Origin: Candidatus Nomurabacteria bacterium GW2011_GWE2_34_25
GTDB lineage: Bacteria > Patescibacteriota > Minisyncoccia > Phycocordibacterales > UBA9973
Length of the DNA: 64,000 nucleotides
Direction of reading: 5' to 3'
Assembly: GCA_000990325.1 (NCBI GenBank)
Contig: LBPS01000002.1
Location: forward strand, 9,562-73,561
The position numbers and the translations under genes are program-made. The notes under the pieces were generated by a model, which saw only the letters and a list, made by a program, of their open reading frames with translations, was not told where the DNA came from and searched no databases. Positions 36,867 through 46,874 of this stretch are shown here, in pieces. The first letter of the stretch is position 1; every line of letters starts with the position of its first letter.

Positions 36867-37547
36867 ATGATTTACTTTGATAATGTTACAAAAAAATATA
36901 AAGATAATTCTTCCCTAGAAGAGGTAACCTTGTCTATTACTGCAGGAGAATTCGTCTCTATCGTTGGACATTCAGGAGCAGGTAAGACTACTCTCACCAA
37001 GCTTATACTGGCCGAAGAGGCTCCAACATCTGGAACTGTTTTTTTTGAATCTACAGATATTCACAAGCTTTCTAAACGTGACCTTATGAATTTCCGTCGC
37101 AAGGTTGGTGTTGTTTTTCAAGATTTTCGCTTATTACAAGGCAAGACAGCTTATGAAAATATTTCCTTTGCTATGGAAGCAACCGGGAAGAGCGATGAAG
37201 ATATCATAGAAGATGTGCCTCATGTCCTAGAGCTTGTTGATCTTACCAATAGAGCTTTTCATTTCCCCCATCAGCTTTCAGGTGGAGAGAAGCAACGTCT
37301 AGCTATTGCTCGTGCTATAATCACTCAGCCAGATTTAATAATAGCAGATGAACCTACTGGTAATCTTGATCCGACAAATGCCGCTGAAGTCATAAACATT
37401 CTTAAAAAGATTAATTCGCTAGGAACTACTGTGATCCTCACTACTCACAACAAGGGAATAGTAGACCAAATAAATAAACGAGTTATAACTCTTGAAAATG
37501 GTCGCATAATCAGAGATGATAAAGAAGGTAAATATATGTTAAAATAG
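36867..37547 (+). CDS. ftsE: Cell division ABC ATPase FtsE
   Basis: GHSGAGKTT, VVFQDFRLL, LSGGEKQR, ADEPTGNLD. Confidence 0.95.
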   Translation: MIYFDNVTKKYKDNSSLEEVTLSITAGEFVSIVGHSGAGKTTLTKLILAEEAPTSGTVFFESTDIHKLSKRDLMNFRRKVGVVFQDFRLLQGKTAYENISFAMEATGKSDEDIIEDVPHVLELVDLTNRAFHFPHQLSGGEKQRLAIARAIITQPDLIIADEPTGNLDPTNAAEVINILKKINSLGTTVILTTHNKGIVDQINKRVITLENGRIIRDDKEGKYMLK

Positions 37548-37552
37548 AATAT

Positions 37553-38476
37553 ATGTTAATTCATGCTAAAAGAATTATAAGGTCAGGATGGCATAGCTTC
37601 GTACGAAGTGGCTTTACTTCGATTGCTAGTGTTCTCATTATGACGATCACGATATTTGTAATTACATCACTTATATTTGTCCAAGCATCTCTCAATGCAT
37701 CCCTCAATGACATTAAAGAAAAGGTAGATCTCACTATTTACTTTATACCAGGAGCAGAAGAGGTTTCTATTAAGAAAGTTGAAGAATCTTTAGTTAAATT
37801 ACCAGAGATTAATAGTATTTCATATACAAGCGCATCAGATGCATTGTCCAATTTTAAAGACAAACATGCCAATGATTATCTTACTTTACAAGCGCTAGAT
37901 GAGCTCAACGAGAATCCACTAGGAGCATCACTGAATATTAAAGCCAATGATCCCTCTCAATACGAGAGCATTGCTAAATATTTCGAGAGTGATAATGCTT
38001 TGTCAAAAGGAGCTCTTACTATTATAGACAAGATAGATTATCACCAGAATAAAATTGTTATTGATAGACTTACATCTATCATAAAAGGTGCAAAGAGTTT
38101 AGGCTTTGCTGTTTCTCTCGTTCTCATTATTATTTCCATAATCATTACCTTCAATACAATTCGCTTAATTATCTACATGTCCAAAGATGAGATTAGCGTC
38201 ATGAAGTTGGTAGGAGCTGGTTTGAAGTATGTGCAGGGCCCATTTATAGTTTCAGGTATATTAGTAGGAATATCTGCTTCTATTCTCTCGATTATTATTT
38301 TCATCCCTATTTCTATCTGGTTAGGAAATCACATGACTGATTTTATAGGTATCAATCTTTATCAGTATTACAAATCAAATTTCTTGCAATTATTTATAAT
38401 AATGCTTGGCTCCGGAATTTTCCTCGGAGGTATTTCCAGTTTCTTTGCTATTAGTAGATATTTAAGAAGAAAATAA
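37553..38476 (+). CDS. ftsX: Cell division permease FtsX
   Basis: NPL motif, NTIRL..EISVMKLVGA, follows ftsE. Confidence 0.93.
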   Translation: MLIHAKRIIRSGWHSFVRSGFTSIASVLIMTITIFVITSLIFVQASLNASLNDIKEKVDLTIYFIPGAEEVSIKKVEESLVKLPEINSISYTSASDALSNFKDKHANDYLTLQALDELNENPLGASLNIKANDPSQYESIAKYFESDNALSKGALTIIDKIDYHQNKIVIDRLTSIIKGAKSLGFAVSLVLIIISIIITFNTIRLIIYMSKDEISVMKLVGAGLKYVQGPFIVSGILVGISASILSIIIFIPISIWLGNHMTDFIGINLYQYYKSNFLQLFIIMLGSGIFLGGISSFFAISRYLRRK

Positions 38477-38479
38477 AAT

Positions 38480-40156
38480 ATGAAATCATCCGTATCAAAG
38501 CTAGAGAGTAAATTATCTAACTGTAAGTATATCTTTGTAGTTGGTGGAGTTATCTCTGGCGTTGGGAAGGGAGTCGCTGCCTCTTCTATCGGCCTCCTTA
38601 TGCAGTCCAGAGGTTACAAAGTAACTTCTATAAAAATTGATCCATATATAAATATTGACGCAGGGACCATGAATCCGACAGAGCACGGAGAAGTCTTTGT
38701 GTTGGACGATGGAGATGAATGTGATCAAGATATGGGGAATTACGAGCGATTCTTAGGGGTTGATCTGTGTCGTACAAATTATATGACGACTGGTCGTGTG
38801 TATCAAGAAGTTATTCGCAAAGAGCGTAACCTAGAATACAAAGGCAAAAATGTTGAAGTTGTTCCCGATGTTCCACTTGAAGTTATTCATAGGATTAAAG
38901 AAGCAACGAGGATAACTGGTTCCGATATAACTATAATTGAAGTAGGTGGAACTGTGGGTGAATATCAAAATGTCCTATTCCTTGAAGCTGCACGTATGCT
39001 CAAAACGAAATATCCAGCTGATGTAGCCTTTGTGCTAGTTTCTTATTTGCCAGTACCTTCAAATCTAGGGGAAATGAAAACAAAACCAACTCAATACGCT
39101 TCAAGGACTTTAAACTCCGCTGGAGTTCAAGCGGATATAATAATTGCTCGTGGACCTATAGCTCTTGATAAAAAACGCAAAGAGAAGATTGCCCTATTCT
39201 GTAATGTCTCTGAAGAAAATGTCATATCTGCTCCCGATGTCAAAAGTATTTACGATATTCCAATAAATTTTGAGAAAGATAAAATGGGGGAGACTCTTGA
39301 GAGAGTCCTTAGTTTACCCAAGCGTACAGCCAATCTAACTAAATGGAAAAATTTTGTATCTAAGACGAAGAATGGTAAAGAGAAGATAAAAATAGCCGTA
39401 GTTGGAAAGTATTTTGATTCAGGTGACTTTGTCCTTTCTGATGTGTATATATCTATTCTTGAAGCATTGAAATTCTCTTCATATGAGTCAGGTGTTGGTG
39501 TAGATATTTCTTGTGTAAATTCTAAAGATTTCGAATCCAAAAAGATTCCAGTATCTATGCTAAAGAAATACGATGGAGTAATTGTTCCAGGAGGTTTTGG
39601 TGAGAGTGGAATTGAGGGGATCATCATGGCCATAAATTATGCGAGAACTCACAATATTCCTTACTTTGGACTTTGTTATGGTATGCAACTCATGGTTATA
39701 GAATATGCAAGGAATGTATTGGGCCTGAAAGATGCCAATACTCGTGAGATAAATCCAGGCTCGAAGAATCTTGTGATAGATGTTATGGAGGACCAAAAGG
39801 CTAAAATTGAAAGTAAAAATATGGGAGGTAGTATGCGTTTAGGAGCATATCCTGCCAAATTAACAAAGGGGACAGTGGCACAAAAGGCTTATGGAACATC
39901 AGAGATATCAGAGCGTCATAGACATCGCTATGAAGTCAATAATGCTTACAGGGAGGCTCTGGAGAGTGCAGGACTGGTCTTTTCAGGTCTTTCACCTGAC
40001 GGCAAGCTTTGTGAAATAGCTGAATTACCAGAAAGTAAGCACCCATTCTTCCTAGGTACCCAATTTCATCCAGAATTCAAGGCTAGACCATTAAATCCTC
40101 ATCCATTGTTTACGGCGTTTATAAAAGCATGCAAGAAATTAGGTTCTAGTAAATAG
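38480..40156 (+). CDS. pyrG: CTP synthase
   Basis: GGVISGVGKG, KIDPYIN, GLCYGMQ, ERHRHRYE, QFHPEF. Confidence 0.98.
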   Translation: MKSSVSKLESKLSNCKYIFVVGGVISGVGKGVAASSIGLLMQSRGYKVTSIKIDPYINIDAGTMNPTEHGEVFVLDDGDECDQDMGNYERFLGVDLCRTNYMTTGRVYQEVIRKERNLEYKGKNVEVVPDVPLEVIHRIKEATRITGSDITIIEVGGTVGEYQNVLFLEAARMLKTKYPADVAFVLVSYLPVPSNLGEMKTKPTQYASRTLNSAGVQADIIIARGPIALDKKRKEKIALFCNVSEENVISAPDVKSIYDIPINFEKDKMGETLERVLSLPKRTANLTKWKNFVSKTKNGKEKIKIAVVGKYFDSGDFVLSDVYISILEALKFSSYESGVGVDISCVNSKDFESKKIPVSMLKKYDGVIVPGGFGESGIEGIIMAINYARTHNIPYFGLCYGMQLMVIEYARNVLGLKDANTREINPGSKNLVIDVMEDQKAKIESKNMGGSMRLGAYPAKLTKGTVAQKAYGTSEISERHRHRYEVNNAYREALESAGLVFSGLSPDGKLCEIAELPESKHPFFLGTQFHPEFKARPLNPHPLFTAFIKACKKLGSSK

Positions 40157-40171
40157 TTTCTAGTGGTCAGT

Positions 40172-40204
40172 AAAAGCCCAGCCGACTTTGTCGGCTGGGC
40201 TTTT
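40172..40204. terminator. Bidirectional terminator
   Basis: AAAAGCCCAGCCGAC-TTT-GTCGGCTGGGCTTTT. Confidence 0.85.
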
Positions 40205-40246
40205 GGATAGCATTTCTACTAGAACCTAATCACTAGAAACTAGAAC

Positions 40247-40972
40247 CTAGTTAAGTTCATCCTCCCCAGTTCTTATTTTACTATATTTTATTATTTCTAA
40301 TATCTGATCTACATCATCTGTAACTATGAACCTTTCTAGATCAGGGGCAGAGATTGTTTTGTATTTCTCTACAAATTGTTCTTCCAATATCTTTTTAATT
40401 GGATTCCAAAATTCTGTTCCGTACAAGATTATAGGAATCGGTCCTACCTTGCCAGTTTGTAAGTGAGTAAGCATTTCAAAGAATTCATACATTGTACCAG
40501 TTCCTCCAGCACAGTAGATACAAGCTTCAGTTGTGTATTGCATAGAGACTTGTCTTGCAAAGAAGAAATGAAATGGAACTTCTTTTGTCACATAAGGGTT
40601 TGTACTTTGTTCACGAGGAAGTCGAATAGTAAGACCTACTGACTCTACTCCTGCATCAAATGCTCCTTTATTAGCAGCTTCCATAAGGCCACCTCCACCA
40701 CCAGTTATAACTATATATCCTAATTCTTTAGCTATTCTATTTGCTAAATTATATGTTTTTATGTATTCAGGGTGATCGGGCTTTAATCTTGCTGAACCGT
40801 AAAAGGTAACAGAAGGTCCAATATCCTTAACAGTATCTATTCCATCACGGAATTCTTCCTGTATCATACAGAGCTTTGTTTCTTCTCCGTCTCCTCCTGT
40901 AAGAGTTATACAACCATTTTTAATATCATCTGTCGTTATGTGCCTAGGCTCATATTTTATTTCTGTAGTCAT
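40247..40972 (-). CDS. LOG family protein (YgdH/TIGR00730-like)
   Basis: VTFYGSAR, ITGGGGGLMEAANKGA, GGTGTMYE. Confidence 0.9.
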   Translation of the reverse strand: MTTEIKYEPRHITTDDIKNGCITLTGGDGEETKLCMIQEEFRDGIDTVKDIGPSVTFYGSARLKPDHPEYIKTYNLANRIAKELGYIVITGGGGGLMEAANKGAFDAGVESVGLTIRLPREQSTNPYVTKEVPFHFFFARQVSMQYTTEACIYCAGGTGTMYEFFEMLTHLQTGKVGPIPIILYGTEFWNPIKKILEEQFVEKYKTISAPDLERFIVTDDVDQILEIIKYSKIRTGEDELN

Positions 40973-41088
40973 GAGTTACATTCTACCTTATTATCCTATG
41001 ACTTTCAATTGAATTTTTAGCATTTTGTGGTAATATGTTAAATAATTGCCGAATGGTTATGAGTTTGGAATAATTAAAGTTTTAATCT

Positions 41089-41159
41089 TGCCGAATGGTG
41101 TAATGGTAGCACGTCTCCCTCTGGAGGAGAAAATTGGGGTTCGAATCCCTGTTCGGCAG
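41089..41159 (+). tRNA. tRNA-Gln(CUG)
   Basis: TGCCGAA/TTCGGCA-G73, TCTCC-CT-CTG-GA-GGAGA. Confidence 0.94.
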
Positions 41160-41307
41160 CAAAAATTGTTTAGGCAATTTTTGATGCCGAAAGCAAATGA
41201 ACTGCTTCATTTGCGTCAGGGATGAGAAAGGCTTTTCGTTATCGAAGATTGAAAAGCACCCGCGACGGTAGTCGAGAAAAGTGTACTCACGCTCCCTGTT
41301 CGGCAGC
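41146..41307 (+). repeat. tRNA-Gln 3' associated element bounded by a 15-bp direct repeat
   Basis: TCCCTGTTCGGCAGC at 41146-41160 and 41293-41307; internal inverted tRNA-end copy split by hairpin 41193-41214. Confidence 0.8.
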
Positions 41308-41376
41308 CAAGTCGTGAATAGCTCGGGATATGTTGAAGCCTATTAATTTATATTGTTTAGATATATAATATAAATC

Positions 41377-41937
41377 ATGAATATATCAAAATTAAGAATC
41401 GCATTAGGAATATTGGGAACATTTTTTCTATCTATTATTGCTACTTATTTATATGATATATTTTTTAAAAACTTTTTTATAAATATTACAACTTGGATTT
41501 TAGATTTTTTTCATAAATATAGAGATAAATTTATATATGAAGAAGTTGCAAAAGGGTTTCATAATTATGAATCCCAGTTAATGTTTGCTATGATGATTGG
41601 AATATTTTGTGGTTTGTGTGTATTTATTATTGTTAAACATATAAAATCTAAATACTCAGATAAAATAATTAATGATCAAAAAATTAAGAAAAGTTTTTGG
41701 TTCGATATAACTTTTGCTACTTTTTTCTTTTTTGTTATGTTTATACAGCAGACACAACTTTCACTAATAAATAAACTAACAACGAATTTTTATCAAAAAC
41801 TAAATACAGCAACACCATACATGAATATACACGAGAAAGATATTTTTATTTCTAATTTTTCAACAATTAAAAGCAAAAAAGATTACGAAAAAATAATTGA
41901 AAATCTTGACATATTAAAATCTCAGAATATTAACTAA
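41377..41937 (+). CDS. Hypothetical membrane protein
   Basis: Very AT-rich 186-aa ORF with about 3 TM segments. Confidence 0.7.
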   Translation: MNISKLRIALGILGTFFLSIIATYLYDIFFKNFFINITTWILDFFHKYRDKFIYEEVAKGFHNYESQLMFAMMIGIFCGLCVFIIVKHIKSKYSDKIINDQKIKKSFWFDITFATFFFFVMFIQQTQLSLINKLTTNFYQKLNTATPYMNIHEKDIFISNFSTIKSKKDYEKIIENLDILKSQNIN

Positions 41938-41991
41938 TTATAGTGCTAGAGACTCGTCGTTGTGATTTTATAAAAATATTAAAAACAAATA

Positions 41992-42402
41992 ATGAATACT
42001 ATAGGAACAATTATTATAACAATAGCCAGTGGATTAATAGGTGGTTATATATCTTATTATTTTGCTCAGAAAACTGAAAATTATAAATTTATTCAGTTAC
42101 AAAAACAAAAAGCAGAATCTATAGCTAAATTGTTTGCTCGATGGATAAAGTATCAAGGAAAAGAGGTAGATATTTTAAATGATAAAGAGTTAAAAGACTA
42201 TTTTGAGGATCTAAATAGAATGTCTTTAGAATTAACTTTGTGGATAAAAGATGAGCAATTGTTGAACAATATTATGCTTAGACTACAAAATCATGAGAGT
42301 GCAAAAGATGTTAGAAATATTGTTGGAGATGTTAGAAAAATGATAATTGAAAATCAAAATGATAAGTTTGATAGTTCTCAGATAACTTTGTGGCCTAAAT
42401 AA
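41992..42402 (+). CDS. Hypothetical protein with N-terminal TM helix
   Basis: 136-aa ORF. Confidence 0.7.
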   Translation: MNTIGTIIITIASGLIGGYISYYFAQKTENYKFIQLQKQKAESIAKLFARWIKYQGKEVDILNDKELKDYFEDLNRMSLELTLWIKDEQLLNNIMLRLQNHESAKDVRNIVGDVRKMIIENQNDKFDSSQITLWPK

Positions 42403-42427
42403 TGCTCGAGACTGGTAATTATGGAGC

Positions 42428-42446
42428 AGCAAGGACTGTCCTTGCT
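42428..42446. repeat. REP-like palindrome, family 2
   Basis: AGCAAGGA-CTG-TCCTTGCT; sister copies at 43717-43739 and 46626-46646. Confidence 0.8.
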
Positions 42447-42517
42447 ATGATCCTTCATAAATAAATGTTATAAATTTAACACTTATTCCATATAGCGTGA
42501 GATGCTATAATGAGACT

Positions 42518-43075
42518 ATGAAAAAAGAACTCGGTCTTAAAAAGGGCTTTGTTAAGATAGAAAAATATAATCCAGAATGGCAAAAAGGGTTTAATAAAGA
42601 GAGAAAAAACTTGAAAAAAATTTTTGGTGATGTTGCTATATCAATAGAACATGTAGGATCTACTTCAATTGTAGGCTTGTCCGCAAAACCAATAATTGAT
42701 ATTGCTATTGGGGTTCATTCACTAGAAGACATGGACAAAGTTAAGGATAAAATATTCAAGTTCTCGCATTATTCAATCAAGGAAAATAACTCAGACGGTG
42801 AAATTCTTATGAGAAGAGGTTTGCCTATCAAGCTGGGTGAAAATAAACCAAGTTTTATAACGCATTTTATTCACATTATGGAAATAGACGGTAGAAGGTA
42901 CAAGGAAACACTATTATACCGTGATTATCTAAGAAAAAATAATAAAGTCCTAAAAGAATATGATAATCTAAAACAAAAGTTAGCTATTAAATACCAGAAT
43001 GACAGAAAAGCTTATGCTAAAGCAAAGGATGAATTCATTAAAAGTATTTTAAGTAAGTGTGATAGCTCTAAGTAG
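42518..43075 (+). CDS. GrpB family nucleotidyltransferase
   Basis: IEHVGSTSI, AKPIIDI, HIHI-like motif, YRDYLR, YAKAK. Confidence 0.92.
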   Translation: MKKELGLKKGFVKIEKYNPEWQKGFNKERKNLKKIFGDVAISIEHVGSTSIVGLSAKPIIDIAIGVHSLEDMDKVKDKIFKFSHYSIKENNSDGEILMRRGLPIKLGENKPSFITHFIHIMEIDGRRYKETLLYRDYLRKNNKVLKEYDNLKQKLAIKYQNDRKAYAKAKDEFIKSILSKCDSSK

Positions 43076-43154
43076 CAAGTGCTTCTTTTTGTGTTTGCTT
43101 TAATTCCTAATAGTGCTATTGTATAAATAAAATAAACCAATTAATCTTTACCGT

Positions 43155-43376
43155 ATGAAAAATTCTTGTTTGGCTTGTGGTACACCAAAAAGTAGCAATA
43201 TTTATGGTGATATGGATTGTCCAAAATGCAATTCAGAGCGCTTCTTTGGTTTCACTAACAAAGCAAAGAGTATCTTTGTTGGTGTTGCTAACTCTTTCAC
43301 TGAGGTTAATCAGGTAGATTCTCCTGTTTTTGTAGGAGAAGATCATGAAGTTTTAGAATTTAAATCTGAAGACTAA
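43155..43376 (+). CDS. Small Zn-ribbon hypothetical protein
   Basis: CLAC..CPKC. Confidence 0.6.
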   Translation: MKNSCLACGTPKSSNIYGDMDCPKCNSERFFGFTNKAKSIFVGVANSFTEVNQVDSPVFVGEDHEVLEFKSED

Positions 43377-43667
43377 ATGGAAGAAAACGAACGCTTTAGA
43401 AGGTTTCCTACTACAGACAATATTGAAATCGAGTTTGATACAGCAGATCATGTATGTATGCGATTTGGTTTCAAGGCTGGAGAAACAGCTCTTCATCCAA
43501 AAGGTGCAGAGACGGTGACATTTATAGGTGTTGCTCCTGCATATGGTAAGGCTTGGGAGCCTGCACTATGGTACGTAATACACCATCCTTCAGTAAAAGG
43601 CAAAGCCTGTTGTTGGGGTGGTGTGTCTAATCTTCTTGAAGCAGGATTCACAAGAATATCTGCTTGA
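43377..43667 (+). CDS. Hypothetical protein
   Basis: 96-aa ORF abutting the previous stop, followed by a hairpin at about 43679-43704. Confidence 0.6.
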   Translation: MEENERFRRFPTTDNIEIEFDTADHVCMRFGFKAGETALHPKGAETVTFIGVAPAYGKAWEPALWYVIHHPSVKGKACCWGGVSNLLEAGFTRISA

Positions 43668-43716
43668 ACTAATAAATGATAAGGTCTCAGCAATGAGACC
43701 TTATTTTATAGAAGAA

Positions 43717-43739
43717 ATAGCAAGGATGGTCCTTGCTAT
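43717..43739. repeat. REP-like palindrome, family 2
   Basis: ATAGCAAGGA-TGG-TCCTTGCTAT. Confidence 0.8.
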
Positions 43740-43803
43740 AGGCACAAAAACTTATATAATTACTACATTCAACATTTTTGAAATATCATATATAATATAT
43801 ATT

Positions 43804-44370
43804 ATGAAAACAGCAATAATAATTCATGGGTATAATAATAAATCTGAATTTTTAGACGAAAGTCGTCCTTCATCTTCCAATGATCATTGGCTTCCGTGGC
43901 TTCAAAGACAGCTATTGTTGAACGGTATTGAAGCACAAACTCCTGAGATGCCGGGTTTTTATGAGCCTAATTATGAAAAATGGAAGGATTTGTTAGACAA
44001 ATTTGAACCCGATCTGGATACGATGCTGGTTGGACACAGTTGTGGTGGAGGTTTCCTTATGAGATGGTTGAGTGAGAGTAATAAAAAAGTAGGTAAGGTT
44101 GTTCTAGTTGCTCCATGGTTAGATCCAAATAAAAAAATTGACCCTAATTTCTTTAATTTCGAAATTGACCCAAACATTGTTTCAAGGACTAATGGTATTA
44201 TCATAATGTATTCTACTGATGATAATTCTGAAATATTTAAAAGTATAGATATGCTCAAATCAAAAGTAGAGAATCTCCAAATAAAAGAATTTACTGGGAA
44301 AGGACATTTTATATTAAATCACATGAAGACAGAAAAATTCCCTGAGCTTTTAGCAATACTTTTGGAATAA
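43804..44370 (+). CDS. RBBP9/YdeN family alpha/beta hydrolase
   Basis: IIIHG, HWLPWL, VGHSCGG, LVAPW, GHF. Confidence 0.9.
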   Translation: MKTAIIIHGYNNKSEFLDESRPSSSNDHWLPWLQRQLLLNGIEAQTPEMPGFYEPNYEKWKDLLDKFEPDLDTMLVGHSCGGGFLMRWLSESNKKVGKVVLVAPWLDPNKKIDPNFFNFEIDPNIVSRTNGIIIMYSTDDNSEIFKSIDMLKSKVENLQIKEFTGKGHFILNHMKTEKFPELLAILLE

Positions 44371-44405
44371 TGCCGGAGAGGTGTTTTTTTTGATATAATA
44401 AAGCA

Positions 44406-44993
44406 ATGAATATTCAAAGACCAAAATCAAAACAACCAATACCAGAACATGCCACAAAAGTTTTTCAAGGTGTGTTGTTCGATGTTTATCATTGGGATCA
44501 AGAACAGTTTGATGGAAGTAAGAAAACTTTTGAAAAGATAAAAAGATCTGATACTGTCGTTGTTTTCCCTGTACTTAATGACGGGAAGATTATTCTAACT
44601 AAACAGGAACAGCCAGGTAAAGAACCATTTATTGGAACTACGGGAGGAAGAGTAGATGAAGGAGAAGACATACTAACTGCTGCAAAAAGAGAACTATTAG
44701 AAGAAAGTGGTTACGAAGCTGACGAATTTATCCTATGGGATGCTCAACATCCAACTAGTAAGATTGATTGGGTAGTATATACATTTATCGCAAAAGGATT
44801 AAGAAAGATAGATGTACCGCATTTAGATTCAGGAGAAAAAATAGAATTAATGTTTGTGACCTTAGATGAATTAATCGAAGAAGGGATTAAAAAGAATTTT
44901 TCTGAACATGAGATCATAAATCATTTATATGAGGCAAAATTTGATGCAAATAAGAAAGAAGAATTGAGAGAACTATTTAAACCTATAATATAA
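44406..44993 (+). CDS. NUDIX hydrolase (ADP-ribose pyrophosphatase-like)
   Basis: GGRVDEGEDILTAAKRELLEESGY Nudix box. Confidence 0.92.
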   Translation: MNIQRPKSKQPIPEHATKVFQGVLFDVYHWDQEQFDGSKKTFEKIKRSDTVVVFPVLNDGKIILTKQEQPGKEPFIGTTGGRVDEGEDILTAAKRELLEESGYEADEFILWDAQHPTSKIDWVVYTFIAKGLRKIDVPHLDSGEKIELMFVTLDELIEEGIKKNFSEHEIINHLYEAKFDANKKEELRELFKPII

Positions 44994-44995
44994 TC

Positions 44996-45676
44996 ATGAA
45001 TAAAGAATTTAAAATAATAGATCTAACTCATAAGCTTTCACCCGAAGCTCCTTCTTGGGATGGAAGTTGTGGTTTTGAATTATCTATTAGTACAGATTAC
45101 AAAGATTGTACGCCTCCAGATTTGTTTCGTATACAAAAAATAAAGTGTGGTGCAGGAATGGGTACTCATATGGATGCACCTGCACATGTTGTACCAAACG
45201 GAAGAACGATAGATGAATTAAATTTTGAAGAATTAGCAACAGACTGCGTTGTAATTGATGTTAGTAAAGAAGCAAATGCAGATTATGTAATTCTGCCAGA
45301 AGTTGTTGAAAAATTTGAGAAAGAATATAGTGAAATTAAATCAAATAGTTTTGTGATTTTTTATACTGGCTGGGATAAACATTGGAATAATAGAGAGAAG
45401 TATAATAATGATCATAAATTTCCTAGTATGGACATATCCACCGCTGAACTTCTTCTCCAAAGAAATATTGCAGGGATAGGAACGGATACTTTATCTGTAG
45501 ATACAGGAAAGAATGGATTCCCAGTTCATCATGCGATATTAGGAGGTAATAAATACCTTGTAGAGAATGTTGCAAATGCAAAAGAATTACCACCGATCGG
45601 ATCAAAAAGTTTAGTTTTACCAATGAAGATTAAAGAAGGTACGGAAGCACCTATTCGGTTAATTGCATTAATTTAA
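44996..45676 (+). CDS. Cyclase family metal-dependent hydrolase (KynB-like)
   Basis: IIDLTH, GTHMDAPAH, GTDTLSVD, LVEN. Confidence 0.92.
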   Translation: MNKEFKIIDLTHKLSPEAPSWDGSCGFELSISTDYKDCTPPDLFRIQKIKCGAGMGTHMDAPAHVVPNGRTIDELNFEELATDCVVIDVSKEANADYVILPEVVEKFEKEYSEIKSNSFVIFYTGWDKHWNNREKYNNDHKFPSMDISTAELLLQRNIAGIGTDTLSVDTGKNGFPVHHAILGGNKYLVENVANAKELPPIGSKSLVLPMKIKEGTEAPIRLIALI

Positions 45677-45680
45677 ATTT

Positions 45681-46608
45681 ATGAACCAAACAAATACTAA
45701 TTTAATCTTAAATACAGGTGCTACAATGCCTATAATAGGTCTTGGCACATGGAAATCTGTACCAGATAAGGCAGGAAAGGCAGTTGAATATGCACTTTCT
45801 GAGTGTGATTATCATCATATCGATTGCGCAGCTATATATCGTAATGAAAAAGAAATTGGAGAAGCTTTTATAAAAGTATTTGGAAGTGGAAAAGTAAAAA
45901 GGGAAGATATTTTCATTACTAGTAAGCTTTGGAATTCTGAGCATCATAAAGAATCTGTACGAAAGGCATGTAAGAAAACTCTTGCTGATTTAAACCTTGA
46001 ATATTTAGATCTATATCTTATGCATTGGGGGATAGCTATCCCTTACAATGATGCACTCACAAACAATCCAACGGGGAGGTGGAATGAACAACTCGACGAA
46101 AATGGTTTTTTAATTACTGAAAAAGTTTCTATTAGAGAGACATGGGAAGCAATGGAAGAACTTGTGCAGGCAGGCCTTGCAAAAGCTATAGGTGTATCAA
46201 ATTTTACTGCACCTATGCTTAATGATTTACTTTCTTATGCCAAAATAAAACCTGCTGTTAATCAGATTGAATTACATGTGTATCTACAACAGCCTGAATT
46301 AATAGAATTTTGTAAATACAATGATATTGTTGTCACAGCTTATTCTCCGCTTGGATCTCCTGGTAATTATAAAGATAAGGGATTCCCAGAATTAATTGAG
46401 GATAAGACTATAAAAGAAATTGCAAAAAATCATAGAAAATCTCCAGCGCAAGTATTAATTCGTTGGGGTATACAGAGGGGCACAGTTTTAATACCAAAGA
46501 GCACTACACCAGAAAGAATAAAAGAAAATATAGATGTATTTGATTTTTAATAAAAATTTACGTTTTGTTAATCCCGGTATATGGTGGAAGATTCCTTATT
46601 TTAATTAA
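45681..46608 (+). pseudogene. Aldo/keto reductase, C-terminally disrupted (ORF 45681-46550, tail in another frame 46549-46608)
   Basis: GLGTW, IDCAAIY, TSKLW, LYLMHW, AIGVSNF, LIPKS; stops at VFDF while the shifted frame reads NKNLRFVNPGIWWKIPYFN*. Confidence 0.75.
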
Positions 46609-46625
46609 ACTTATAATTTATGAAC

Positions 46626-46646
46626 TAGCAAGGACCATTCTTGCTA
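46626..46646. repeat. REP-like palindrome, family 2 (1 mismatch)
   Basis: TAGCAAGGA-CCA-TTCTTGCTA. Confidence 0.75.
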
Positions 46647-46688
46647 AATATTTATTCAATATTTAAAAATTTGATATAATATATACAT

Positions 46689-46868
46689 ATGAAAAATAAT
46701 ATATCAAACGGTGGAGGAGGATGTATTTATGGGCTTGCTCTCATAGGTTCATTAATTTATTTCTTGAAAGGGGCTGTCTCTTTTGGGGCTATTATGCTTG
46801 CAATAGGGAAGTCAATTGTATGGCCTGGAGTACTCGTCTATCATTTACTAAAATTCTTACAAATTTAA
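46689..46868 (+). CDS. Small membrane protein (59 aa), absent from the ORF track
   Basis: MKNNISNGGGGCIYGLALIGSLIYFLKGAVSFGAIMLAIGKSIVWPGVLVYHLLKFLQI*; TGATATAAT upstream. Confidence 0.75.
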   Translation: MKNNISNGGGGCIYGLALIGSLIYFLKGAVSFGAIMLAIGKSIVWPGVLVYHLLKFLQI

Positions 46869-46874
46869 TATTTT

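Noticed and set aside
41377-46868. Classical integron cassette array
   Set aside because: No integron integrase and no convincing RYYYAAC...GTTRRRY attC structures between genes.
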